NCBI GenBank assembly: GCA_018303285.1
Contig: JAGVYL010000019.1
Coordinates: 1-51,423, forward strand
Reading direction: 5' to 3'
Length of the DNA stretch: 51,423 nt
Source of the DNA: Candidatus Woesearchaeota archaeon
Lineage (GTDB): Archaea; Nanobdellota; Nanobdellia; Woesearchaeales; GW2011-AR9
Below the pieces are notes generated by a model. The model was not told the origin of the DNA. It was given only the letters and a program-made list of their open reading frames with translations, and did not search any database. A program made the translations under genes and the position numbers. Every line of letters begins with the position of its first letter. Positions within the stretch are counted from its first letter, which is position 1. Shown piece by piece: positions 37,415 to 46,842 of the stretch.

Positions 37415-37957
37415 GTAGTCCAAAAACTTCTGGTATTTTCCCAGCTCTACTTCGAAACCACCAATAAACTCTATAGTTTTATTTACTTCACCCAATATCG
37501 CATCGACATGCTGTCGAGCTCTGATTAGGGAGGAACTTTTTACTCTGGCATCTTTTGCTTCCGCTGCCTGGTCTACTTCTTTTTCCAAATCATCTAACCC
37601 TTGCTTTAACGCACCAGTATAACGTGATGCTTTTTGTATAAAAAAGTTCAAAGCTATCTCTATCAGTTTATCCATATCAGCTAACTGTGCTTTAAGCTTT
37701 TGCGGGAGATATCCCATCAACTCAGCGATATCTTTTTTAAGATCAACTTTGCTCAGGTATCTCTCAGTTCTCCCTAAGCTTCCCCGTACAATACTAATTG
37801 CCTCTCTTACGTCTTTTTCGCTCCGTTTAGGATTAGTTCCTAAATCAGATTTTAAAAGGATTAATTCATCATGTAATTTTTGCAGATATTTATACTCAGC
37901 CGCTGCCTGCCCAATCTCTTGTATCGCATCTTTCTTTAAATCTTTAATTTCTTTCAT
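37400..37957 (-). CDS. Alpha-helical hypothetical protein
   Basis: 185-aa ORF with GAGGTG SD. Confidence 0.7.
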   Translation of the reverse strand: MKEIKDLKKDAIQEIGQAAAEYKYLQKLHDELILLKSDLGTNPKRSEKDVREAISIVRGSLGRTERYLSKVDLKKDIAELMGYLPQKLKAQLADMDKLIEIALNFFIQKASRYTGALKQGLDDLEKEVDQAAEAKDARVKSSSLIRARQHVDAILGEVNKTIEFIGGFEVELGKYQKFLDYLEDL

Positions 37958-38156
37958 TTAGCCCACCTCGTTTAATTAATCATCAGTTAAACGATAAAAT
38001 AAGTCGGATTATATAAAATTAACCCTTCGTTAACATTTATATATCATAAACGCCCATAAAATATTAAAAAATACTTTATTTGACCATGGACATCACTTTT
38101 TTCGATTACTATTTATTAGTAGAAAAACTTATAAATAAACAAATTTTCTTATTGAT

Positions 38157-38600
38157 ATGGATTTCCCCATTTTAGAAGAAATCGCTAAAGCGGGTCATTC
38201 TTATGCCCCCCCAATGGGCTACGGCTTAGTTAGCGGAGGAGCTGCGTATATAGCACTTTCTATCGCTCGAGGTCTTCGCCGGGGAACTAATCTTGTTCGA
38301 CAGTTGCATTCTCAACCAAATATCGCTGTTGGCTTAGGTACAGGAGCAGTTACTGCCATTATCTTAGAAAATACTCAACCAGCGTTAGGAGGAACTTTAG
38401 ATCACATTGCCCTGTATACAGGTATGGCCGTAGGAGGTGGCTTGGTCGGTGGTGCTCTCAATCCAGTTTATAATGCTCTTAGAACCGAAGATGGAATAAC
38501 TGATGATTTCCGCCAGCACTTTAAGCGGGGCGCTCTCAGAGGAGCATTGGCTCTTCCTGCTTGTTTTGGAGTTTTAGATGTTTTATCTCATTATTTCTGA
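38157..38600 (+). CDS. Gly-rich membrane protein
   Basis: GxxxG hydrophobic helices; TTATAAATA box ~25 nt upstream (leaderless). Confidence 0.65.
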   Translation: MDFPILEEIAKAGHSYAPPMGYGLVSGGAAYIALSIARGLRRGTNLVRQLHSQPNIAVGLGTGAVTAIILENTQPALGGTLDHIALYTGMAVGGGLVGGALNPVYNALRTEDGITDDFRQHFKRGALRGALALPACFGVLDVLSHYF

Positions 38601-38653
38601 TACCTCATCAAAAATCCACAAAAGTTTATATATTACCCTCATTTTGAACTTAA

Positions 38654-38729
38654 AAGCCCGTATTAGAGTTACCTAATCGAGCTGTCGGATGTAATCCAAG
38701 CTATGAATTTGGGGGTTACATACGGGCTT
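38654..38729 (+). ncRNA. Candidate structured RNA upstream of dnaG
   Basis: 10-bp closing stem AAGCCCGTAT/ATACGGGCTT; inner AGCT..GGAT-GTA-ATCC..AGCT; GC-rich island in an AT-rich spacer; TTTATAT box ~25 nt upstream. Confidence 0.45.
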
Positions 38730-38918
38730 CAACTTCAGAAAAACATAACATTCATCAAAATCACCGATTAAATTAAAATTGAATTAAATAGTGAGAGTTA
38801 ATGTATGTTTTTCTAGAGGTTAATAAAAAACGGTAATACACAAAATAATCGAAATAATACGCACTATAAAAAAATTAAAAAAAACAATCAAAATGAATAT
38901 TAATGGAGGTTGGTTAAA

Positions 38919-40259
38919 ATGGCAAAGATTAGCCCTGTGGCGGCTAAGTATATTGTTCATGCTACTATCAATATCGAAGGTGTGGTCGACAAGCCCGATG
39001 TCATCGGAGCAATTTTCGGCCAGACTGAAGGTCTGTTAGGAGCAGATTTAGAATTAAGAGAATTACAGCGTTCCGGCCGAATCGGCCGCATCGAAGTTGA
39101 CACTAATACCATGGGTGGTAAGACCATGGGAGAAATTATTATTCCGTCTTCTTTAGATAGAACTGAAACCGCTATTGTGGCTGCTTCTTTAGAGATTATT
39201 CAAAGAATCGGTCCGTGCAATGCTAAAGTAGAGGTTACTCGGATGGAAGACATCCGAATAAGCAAACGCACCCAAGTGATTGAACGTGCTAAAGCCCTTC
39301 TACGAGGCTTGATGGATAGCGCCTTGCCCGATTCTCAGGAATTGGCTGATGAAGTTTCTCAGTCCGTAAGGGTAATGGAAATTATGGAATTTGGCCGAGA
39401 GCGGTTGCCTGCCGGTCCTGCAGTTGAAGAATCTGATGAAGTGATTGTAGTAGAAGGCCGAGCCGATGTTCTTAACCTGCTTAAGCATGGTATTAAGAAC
39501 GCTATTGCTATCAACGGCACTTCTGTCCCCCAAACAATTAAGGATCTTAGCAAAAGAAAGACCTTAGTTGTTTTTGTTGATGGAGACCGAGGAGGAGATC
39601 TTATCATCAGAGAACTATTGGCCGTAGCCGATATTGATTTTGTCTGTAAAGCAGCTAATGGCACCGAGGTCGAAGAGATTACCAAGAAAGAGATCCACAA
39701 AGCTTTGCGCGGCAGAATCACTGCAGAGCAAGCAAAACTGGAACTGAATATCACTACCACAGATGAATCGCCTAGAATTAATGGTGAAGAGAGAAAGGTT
39801 TTCTCTTCTCCTGCTGCCCAGCCGTTTACCAAAAAGCCAGGGTTTACTATAGGTGGATTCACTCGCCAGGCCATGCCCACTATGCATAGCACTATTCAGA
39901 ACAGCCCGGCTGCTGCTTCCGTAACCACCGCACCAGTTGCTTCTGCTAAAAAAGAGCCATTGCAGCTTAAAGACAAAGCCAAATTAAAATCCACCTTGGA
40001 CAATTTATTTGGTACTCGTGGTGCCTGCTTATTGGACGACAAACTTAATGTCTTAGGCAAAGTGCCGCGCATGGAATTAGCTACCACTATCAAAACATTA
40101 GGCAACGTCAGTGGTATCGTTATTGACGGCACAGTGGATAAGGAATTGATCAAGATAGCAGAAACTTCCAATGTTTCTTATGTGGTCGGCTCAGATGTCC
40201 GCTCCAGAGAATCAACAAAAGTTACTATCTTGTCTGATGAGGATTTAGCCACAATTTAA
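38919..40259 (+). CDS. dnaG: Archaeal DnaG (TOPRIM, exosome-associated)
   Basis: GVVDKPDVIGAIFGQTEGLLG, ELQRSGRIGRI, VVEGRADVLNLL, FVDGDRGGDLI; GGAGG SD. Confidence 0.96.
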   Translation: MAKISPVAAKYIVHATINIEGVVDKPDVIGAIFGQTEGLLGADLELRELQRSGRIGRIEVDTNTMGGKTMGEIIIPSSLDRTETAIVAASLEIIQRIGPCNAKVEVTRMEDIRISKRTQVIERAKALLRGLMDSALPDSQELADEVSQSVRVMEIMEFGRERLPAGPAVEESDEVIVVEGRADVLNLLKHGIKNAIAINGTSVPQTIKDLSKRKTLVVFVDGDRGGDLIIRELLAVADIDFVCKAANGTEVEEITKKEIHKALRGRITAEQAKLELNITTTDESPRINGEERKVFSSPAAQPFTKKPGFTIGGFTRQAMPTMHSTIQNSPAAASVTTAPVASAKKEPLQLKDKAKLKSTLDNLFGTRGACLLDDKLNVLGKVPRMELATTIKTLGNVSGIVIDGTVDKELIKIAETSNVSYVVGSDVRSRESTKVTILSDEDLATI

Positions 40260-40307
40260 GTTAGTGGCTAAACAATCTTTATAAATAAACTATGGTTCAG
40301 AACTAAA

Positions 40308-40577
40308 ATGCCAGAAGGAAAACATAAATCCGGAACATATCGTAAAGCTTTTGTCAAGACACCGGGAGGAAAAACTGCAATGCACTACCGCCGGAAAAAA
40401 CCGGCCAAAGCCCATTGTGCTTCCTGTGGAAAAGTTTTATCTGGTGTACCTCATGGCTTGTCTTATCAGATTCGTGCTTTGCCTAGAACTCAGCGCCGGC
40501 CGGAGCGGCCTTACGGAGGCGTGCTTTGCAGCCCCTGTATGAGAGCTAAATTTGTGGAGAAGATTCAAAATGCTTGA
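40308..40577 (+). CDS. rpl34e: 50S ribosomal protein L34e
   Basis: VKTPGG, AHCASCG, RRPERPYGGVLCSPC. Confidence 0.96.
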   Translation: MPEGKHKSGTYRKAFVKTPGGKTAMHYRRKKPAKAHCASCGKVLSGVPHGLSYQIRALPRTQRRPERPYGGVLCSPCMRAKFVEKIQNA

Positions 40578-40866
40578 AATTGGACGATTATGCGTAAAGA
40601 TCGCTGGCCGAGATGCTGGCAAAGAATGTGTCATTCTTGATCTCCAAGATAACAAGTTTGCTTTGGTAGATGGAGCAACTCGCAGAAAGAAAGTCAATCT
40701 TGCTCACTTAGAACCGTTAGACCGAGTGATTGAAATAGAAAAGAACGCTTCTCATGCCAAAGTGGCCGCCGCCTTTGAAGAACTCGGCTTGCCGGTTTGG
40801 AACACTACGCCAAAGCCCAAGACTAAAAGAACGGCTAAGAAAAGGAAAGCGGCAAATAAAAAGTAA
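40570..40866 (+). CDS. rpl14e: 50S ribosomal protein L14e
   Basis: MLEIGRLCVKIAGRDAGK...RRKKVNLAHLEP. Confidence 0.95.
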   Translation: MLEIGRLCVKIAGRDAGKECVILDLQDNKFALVDGATRRKKVNLAHLEPLDRVIEIEKNASHAKVAAAFEELGLPVWNTTPKPKTKRTAKKRKAANKK

Positions 40867-40927
40867 GTATATTTTCTTCTTAATTTTATCAGTATTCTTT
40901 TAAATAACAAGAAAAATAAATCCTTAC

Positions 40928-41001
40928 GGGCCAGTCATCCAATCCGGCTAAGATGCCGCCTTCGCAAGGCGGAAATTCGGGTTCAAATCCCGACTGGTCC
41001 A
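40928..41001 (+). tRNA. tRNA-Ala(CGC)
   Basis: GGGCCAG/CTGGTCC acceptor with G3:U70; CCGCC-TT-CGC-AA-GGCGG; TCGGG-TTCAAAT-CCCGA. Confidence 0.95.
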
Positions 41002-41084
41002 TCAGGCATATACACACTAAAAACTTTATCATCTCTCTTCTCCACTAAACAAAACTATTTAAACGGCCGAAGAAACATCCACTC

Positions 41085-42296
41085 ATGAGCTTCTCGGCCG
41101 TCGAAAGGTTGAACCGCCACCATAAGCTTTCTCGTCTTTCTGATGTTGTTCTTCTTAGCAGCCGCTCGGCCGAGCCTCATCAAAAACAACTGGAAGGGAT
41201 GATCCAAAAGAGAGTATACAAAGAATTTCCTGAACCTAGTTCTGAGGAAGAAGAAATTTTAGCAGGTATCGCAGAAAAAAATCTGCACTTCTGCAGCCGC
41301 ACCATTAAACAGCACAACAATCAGGAATTCTTTACCCAGATCAACGAAAATGTCCGGGAAAAAGATGTTCATCTTTTTCATAAATTTCAAGACCCAAATG
41401 TAGATCTAGTAGAGCTATTAGTCATTGGAGATAATCTTAAACGGGCAGGAGTAAAATCAACCACCCTTTATGTTCCATTCCTTCCATACATGCGCCAGGA
41501 CAAAAAAGATGACGGCCGAGTCCCCATCACTGCCAGCGGCTTGTTTGATTGGCTCTTTGCCAGCATGGGTCAGCGCCTTAAAAGAATCGTCACTTTTGAT
41601 TTGCATGCCCAGCAGGAACAAGGTTATTTTGACGGTCCATTGGACGAGCTCAGCGCCATTCCTGAATTCGCTGCTTATTACCGAGAAAAATTAAAAGATT
41701 CGTTTAAAGGAGAAGAGAAACAAGTGATTGTTTTTGCTGCTGATGCGGGAGGAGCCAAAAAAGCGAAAAAATTGGCTCGTTTATTAGACACCCAATATCA
41801 AGTTTTTGACAAAGACCGATTAGCCCACGGCCGAGCAGAGACCAAACAACTTCTTGGTTTAGACCTTTCTGAAAAAAAGGCTATTATTGTCGAGGATATG
41901 ATTGATTCCGGCGGCTCTTTGGTGGGAGAATATGAAACCGGGAAAAATGGTCCGGTCCAGAATTTACAAGAACTAGGTGCCGAAGTTTACATCTGTGCCA
42001 CCCATGCCATCTTAAGCAGGAAAAACAGCATCTCTGCAGAAGAACGATTCCGCCGAGCCGGAGTTCCCGTCTTATTCACTGATTCCATTCCCGAACGGCA
42101 TGAAGGTTACTACCAAGAGAATAAAGATTGGATGAACATCTTTTCTTTAGATTACACTTTAGCCAAAGCTTTCTACTGCAACCAGGTAGGAGAATCTATC
42201 TCTGCCTTCCTTCGCAACCGGGAAGAACGGCTGAAAGTCAAAGATATGAATTTTATCCTACAGAACGGAGAGGGCGGCCAAGTGTATGTAGAATAA
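41085..42296 (+). CDS. prs: Ribose-phosphate pyrophosphokinase
   Basis: PFLPYMRQDKK, TFDLHAQQ.QGYFD, ADAGGAK, IIVEDMIDSGGSL, CATHA. Confidence 0.9.
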   Translation: MSFSAVERLNRHHKLSRLSDVVLLSSRSAEPHQKQLEGMIQKRVYKEFPEPSSEEEEILAGIAEKNLHFCSRTIKQHNNQEFFTQINENVREKDVHLFHKFQDPNVDLVELLVIGDNLKRAGVKSTTLYVPFLPYMRQDKKDDGRVPITASGLFDWLFASMGQRLKRIVTFDLHAQQEQGYFDGPLDELSAIPEFAAYYREKLKDSFKGEEKQVIVFAADAGGAKKAKKLARLLDTQYQVFDKDRLAHGRAETKQLLGLDLSEKKAIIVEDMIDSGGSLVGEYETGKNGPVQNLQELGAEVYICATHAILSRKNSISAEERFRRAGVPVLFTDSIPERHEGYYQENKDWMNIFSLDYTLAKAFYCNQVGESISAFLRNREERLKVKDMNFILQNGEGGQVYVE

Positions 42297-42360
42297 ACTT
42301 TGAAAAAACTCATTCTTAAATCCCATTAATTTAATAAACCCCAATAATTACCTTCTGATT

Positions 42361-42693
42361 ATGAATCTTATCACTAAGATTAACGTCAGTTTAGCTAGTA
42401 TAATAGTTATCTTGCTTGTAAATCTACTCCTCCCGTTAAACTCAATCGCAGGAAAAGTCGTATACGCTTTGGATAGTTCAGAACCTAGCTGCATGTTCAA
42501 TAATAAAAATATTTCTACTGAGATTCCACTGGATTACTGCTGTTCAGAAATCGAAAAACAGCTTGCTTGCAAAAAAGATAACTCTCAGTTCAGGTGTTAC
42601 ATCTCCGAAAGCTCCGGACAATATTATTTAGTCAACCGTCAGGCTTTCAACACCTGCAAAGAAGAGGGATACTATGCCAAAATCCAAGAATAA
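42361..42693 (+). CDS. Small exported Cys-rich protein
   Basis: N-terminal TM; six Cys; overlaps the GH3 start. Confidence 0.65.
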   Translation: MNLITKINVSLASIIVILLVNLLLPLNSIAGKVVYALDSSEPSCMFNNKNISTEIPLDYCCSEIEKQLACKKDNSQFRCYISESSGQYYLVNRQAFNTCKEEGYYAKIQE

Positions 42694-43783
42694 AATAAAT
42701 AAAAAAATATTTTTTCAGTTTTTACTACTAGGAATTTTGTCTCTTCTCGTGATAGTCTTAACACTGCTCAACCTTCAGAAGAGCATGCCTTTACAGATTG
42801 ATGCACCGAAAAATGTTGTTTATAACCAAACCACAAATACCCTTCAATTTGACTCTCTTACATTAAAACAAAAGATTGCCCAGATGGTTATTGTCTATGG
42901 CAATGAAGATAACAAAGAACTTCTTCAGAAAATGTTGATTGGCGGAGTGCATCTCGGAGCCAAACCATCAAAAGAAGCATTCCTTCAAAGCATTAAAACA
43001 TTTCAAAAAGAATCAATTCTTCCATTGTTTATCACTCTAGATTTGGAAGGTGGCTGCAAAAATCCCTTTGAAAACTTCCAAAGTTTTCCTTCTGCAAAGG
43101 AGATTAAGACCGCAGAAGAAGCTTATGCGGTTGGCTATGATGAAGGTCTACTCCTCACAGAGATGGGCTTCACCCTCAATTTTGCACCAGTCGTCGATTT
43201 AGAGGATAGCATCTGGAACTGTCGAAGTTTTTCTGGCACACCGCTAGAAGCTTCAGAAAAAACCGCTTCATATATTCTCGGTTTACAAAGCAGCGGGATA
43301 CTAGCCACTGCCAAACATTATCCCGGAAAGACACTCTCGTCAAGCGATCCTCACAAAACTTTAACCTATGCCGATATAACTCCCGATGACATAGCTATGT
43401 TTGAGAACAGTATCAAAAATAATGTTTCGGCTATCATGATCTCTCACATCATCGTCAAAGGTATCTTGAATTCAGAATCAAAGCCAGGAGTAGTCTCAGA
43501 TAAACTGATAACTGATTTAAAAAACCAATTTACTGGTTTGATTATCAGCGATGAAGTAATGATGTTAGGACTAAAAGAGTATTATTCAAATAAAGACCAG
43601 ATGTACATTGATCTTTTCAAAGCTGGAAATGACGTGGTGCTTAATTTCAACCAAGATCCGAAAGAGATTTACCATATGATTTCTGTAGTAGAAAAAGCCG
43701 TCAAAAAAGGAACTATTTCCGAAGATCTTATTGATGCCTCTGCAAAAAAAATTCTTCAGACTAAAGGAATAAATGTAGAATAA
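42674..43783 (+). CDS. Membrane-anchored glycoside hydrolase family 3 (NagZ-like, N-terminal domain only)
   Basis: LTLKQKIAQM, ITLDLEGG, NFAPVVDL, AKHYPGK...DPH, IMISH, IISDEVMM, AGND. Confidence 0.88.
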   Translation: MPKSKNKINKKIFFQFLLLGILSLLVIVLTLLNLQKSMPLQIDAPKNVVYNQTTNTLQFDSLTLKQKIAQMVIVYGNEDNKELLQKMLIGGVHLGAKPSKEAFLQSIKTFQKESILPLFITLDLEGGCKNPFENFQSFPSAKEIKTAEEAYAVGYDEGLLLTEMGFTLNFAPVVDLEDSIWNCRSFSGTPLEASEKTASYILGLQSSGILATAKHYPGKTLSSSDPHKTLTYADITPDDIAMFENSIKNNVSAIMISHIIVKGILNSESKPGVVSDKLITDLKNQFTGLIISDEVMMLGLKEYYSNKDQMYIDLFKAGNDVVLNFNQDPKEIYHMISVVEKAVKKGTISEDLIDASAKKILQTKGINVE

Positions 43784-43793
43784 TTCCTAACGA

Positions 43794-44771
43794 TTAAATT
43801 TTTACTTTATATCCATTGGCATAAACAGTTATTTCTGCCCCCCCTAATTCCTGAGCAGAGGCTAGTTTGCTATCACTAAAAATACCATTCAGCCATTTCA
43901 TCAACAGACCATATAAATCGTAAGTCTGCTCTTCTCCTTCCACTGAAACTGTCCAAGTGCTATCCTCGTTCATCTCACTGCAGACTTGTTTCCCTTTCAA
44001 TTCTGCACAACCTAGACGTGTGACAAAATATTCTCCTTCCTCTAAAGCCGGATGTTTCTTTGTGCTGGACAAAGGACCAGATAAAATCGTGGGAGAAACC
44101 GTAAACAGTTTTCCTTCAAAATTATTGAAAATTTTCTCCTCGCCCATTTCTCCTGCCGGGTCAAGCATGATATTGAAATGATGAGATTTAGATTCCAAAC
44201 TGGATACTTCTTCAAAAGGATAGTTATACGACAAGACTACGGAATCTAGCTTTGCTGTTTCTTCAGGCTGCAGAGTGATAAACCACCCATCTACTCCCAG
44301 TTCATGTTCTTTAGAGTAAAATTCTTTAGCTTCTTCCAAAGCTTTAACTTTTTCTTCAGGAGACAATTCTAAACGCGTTTCCATTTCCTGCAGTTTTTTA
44401 TCCAATATTTCACCGCTTAAGGCCGGCTGCAAATAGATTACCTTCTCTTTCACTGGATACTGTTCTGTTTTACTTCCGTCAGCTGAAATAATCTCTACTG
44501 GCCGCACCGCCTTATCTGCTCGAGTATCCACATAAAGAGAGACTAAAGGATATGCTCCAGCGGATTGATCATTATCAAAATAAATCTGTGCCGGCAGCCT
44601 TGTTTTTACGGTTTCTTCGCCGATATTTTGTATAAAGATAGTAAGATCCATAACCGCTCCCGGTTCTCCCAGCTCGGCAATGTTAATTTCTTGTATAGCT
44701 AAATCTGGCGCAGCCAAGACCAAGTAGCTTAAACCGAACATCATCAAGACCAATAAAGATAGTTTTTTCAT
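43794..44771 (-). CDS. Exported protein with CARDB-like Ig domain
   Basis: Signal peptide; PDLAIQEI...IQNIG...LDPAGEMGEE...NN pattern. Confidence 0.6.
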   Translation of the reverse strand: MKKLSLLVLMMFGLSYLVLAAPDLAIQEINIAELGEPGAVMDLTIFIQNIGEETVKTRLPAQIYFDNDQSAGAYPLVSLYVDTRADKAVRPVEIISADGSKTEQYPVKEKVIYLQPALSGEILDKKLQEMETRLELSPEEKVKALEEAKEFYSKEHELGVDGWFITLQPEETAKLDSVVLSYNYPFEEVSSLESKSHHFNIMLDPAGEMGEEKIFNNFEGKLFTVSPTILSGPLSSTKKHPALEEGEYFVTRLGCAELKGKQVCSEMNEDSTWTVSVEGEEQTYDLYGLLMKWLNGIFSDSKLASAQELGGAEITVYANGYKVKI

Positions 44772-44814
44772 TTTGAATCAGTTAATCTAAAGTATATGTT
44801 CTAGTTTATAAGAG

Positions 44815-45183
44815 TTATGCTTTTTTATCTTCATCTAAAACGTTGAACGATTGTGCATGCCTTCTTAGAAGAGCGTTATTACGCACATCATCTAAAGTAA
44901 GTTCTCTCTTTACCACCCAATATTCCCCACTCGTTGAATCTCTTTGCATATATCCAAAATTGATTAACTCTCTTCTAAGCAAAGTATAATCTTCAAAATA
45001 TTTTTTGAGTATTTCGTTTACTTCTTGTTCTAGATACTTACGACTATCTTTAAATTTTTCAATTAAATACAACAGAATAGCTTGTTTTTCAAAATCATTT
45101 TTCGGAAAATTGTGATGCTTAACAAATTTTTCAAAAAACTTTTTGGTATCAAATGGAAAGATTACTCGACTCATACGTTTCAC
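44815..45183 (-). CDS. DUF2087-like protein
   Basis: F...RKYLEQEVNEILKKYFEDYTLLRRELINFGYMQRD...YW. Confidence 0.8.
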   Translation of the reverse strand: MKRMSRVIFPFDTKKFFEKFVKHHNFPKNDFEKQAILLYLIEKFKDSRKYLEQEVNEILKKYFEDYTLLRRELINFGYMQRDSTSGEYWVVKRELTLDDVRNNALLRRHAQSFNVLDEDKKA

Positions 45184-46836
45184 CTACAACCCAAACAATT
45201 CCGCCAAATCCATCTCTAATGCACAGGCCGGCATCTCCAAACCCCAAGCCGCTAACACTTCTGGCTTGATTTCCCCCAGATAAGCCACTGGCCGTCCCTT
45301 GGCCATCACTCGGCCTACTCTGCCGGGGATGAAACTGCCGTGCTCTGTCTCTTCGATTGTATACTCCATCCCAATAACACTTAATAAATAATCCAGCACC
45401 TGCTTAATCTCGGTAAAATTAGCCGAAGCATTGCTGCAAACCACTGCCAGACGCAAAGTTTCTTTTGATTTCACTTCTGCTTTCTCATCAAACAAAGTAA
45501 CCTGGCTTATCTCAAAAAGTTTATGGGGATATTCAGCACTTTGATTGTAGGTCAGCGCTTTCATCAATTCCGGCAGCAGCCAGCAGCGCAGCATATTGAT
45601 GCTTCCTTCCACACTTTTTCCCAGCTGGATATGTTTGGCTTCTTTCACTTTCATCTTTTCAAACTGATCTTGCTTTGATGTTAACATCAAGGTAAATGCC
45701 TCCTGATATCCCAATCCTACCAGCAAACCTGCCAGCTCTTCTTTCAGCTTCACTGCAAGAGTAGTCTCTCCAGTTGATTCTACAGATTTCATTCGTAATT
45801 CAAAATCATTAAATCCATAACCTCTGGCTACATCATCTATCAAATCTACTTCATGCCAGATATCAGAACGCAAAGGAGGAACAATCACTTCTAATCTCTC
45901 TTTATTGAAAGATTTCACTTCATACATGCTCTTCTCAAGCAGCTTTTTAATTTTCTCTGCACTTAGTTCTAATCCCAGCAAACGATTGACTTTTTTCACT
46001 TCTAAACCCTGAACTTCTTCTTTGAACTCGGGAGAAACAATCGTCTTTGCCCCATACTTCATCTTTAAGGCAGACGCTTCCCCCCCCATGTCTATCAATG
46101 CTCCCACTAGAATACTCAAAGCCAGATTGATTGTTTTCAATTCAGTGCCTGTGCATTCCACGAAAACATCTTTTGTCGTCTCATCAATCTTTCCCAGCTC
46201 GTGAGAGTTGATGATTGGCGGCATACTTAATATCTGGCCAACCGCATCTTTAAACAGAGGAAATCGTTTCCAATTTTCAATCAGATGCTTATAAGTTCTT
46301 CCAGTTGGATGTCTCTCAAGAATCTGGCTGCCGCTCATTATTTGCTGGCCTTCTAAGGGCTTGAATCTTATTTTTCCTGGCTCTTCAGAAGTATAAGTAA
46401 CTGGAAATTTAATTTTGTTTAAAGGATAAAGCCCCAATCCGCCTTTTCTCCTATTTCGCAAAAGAGTAGCTCCTAATTTTTCTTGTATTCTGATTACTTC
46501 TTTAATCCGCCCGTCATCAAACTTCAATCCTTTGACTACACAAGCAACAGCATACGACCATTCTTTAGCCGCCCCCGTCACATTAACTACCAATCCAGAT
46601 TCTTTCAGTTTATACTTCTCATTCTTCATCCCGAAATATGCTCGGATTGCCCGGGCTAGACCGTAAGTAGAAAGCAGATCCGGCCGCTCGGCCGTGATAT
46701 CCACTCGTAGCTCATCTCCGGTTATTGATTCCAGTTCATAACCCATCTCGAAAAGAGTTTCTTCTAATTCTTTCTCGTTAATCTTCTTTCCCAATAAACT
46801 GTTCAGCAAGGAATATTTTGTTTCAAGTATTACCAT
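45184..46836 (-). CDS. pheT: Phenylalanine--tRNA ligase beta subunit (archaeal type)
   Basis: ERPDLLS, LSMPPIINS, RSDIWHEVDLIDDVARGYG, SFIPGRVG, GEIKPEVL. Confidence 0.96.
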   Translation of the reverse strand: MVILETKYSLLNSLLGKKINEKELEETLFEMGYELESITGDELRVDITAERPDLLSTYGLARAIRAYFGMKNEKYKLKESGLVVNVTGAAKEWSYAVACVVKGLKFDDGRIKEVIRIQEKLGATLLRNRRKGGLGLYPLNKIKFPVTYTSEEPGKIRFKPLEGQQIMSGSQILERHPTGRTYKHLIENWKRFPLFKDAVGQILSMPPIINSHELGKIDETTKDVFVECTGTELKTINLALSILVGALIDMGGEASALKMKYGAKTIVSPEFKEEVQGLEVKKVNRLLGLELSAEKIKKLLEKSMYEVKSFNKERLEVIVPPLRSDIWHEVDLIDDVARGYGFNDFELRMKSVESTGETTLAVKLKEELAGLLVGLGYQEAFTLMLTSKQDQFEKMKVKEAKHIQLGKSVEGSINMLRCWLLPELMKALTYNQSAEYPHKLFEISQVTLFDEKAEVKSKETLRLAVVCSNASANFTEIKQVLDYLLSVIGMEYTIEETEHGSFIPGRVGRVMAKGRPVAYLGEIKPEVLAAWGLEMPACALEMDLAELFGL

Positions 46837-46842
46837 TGTTTA

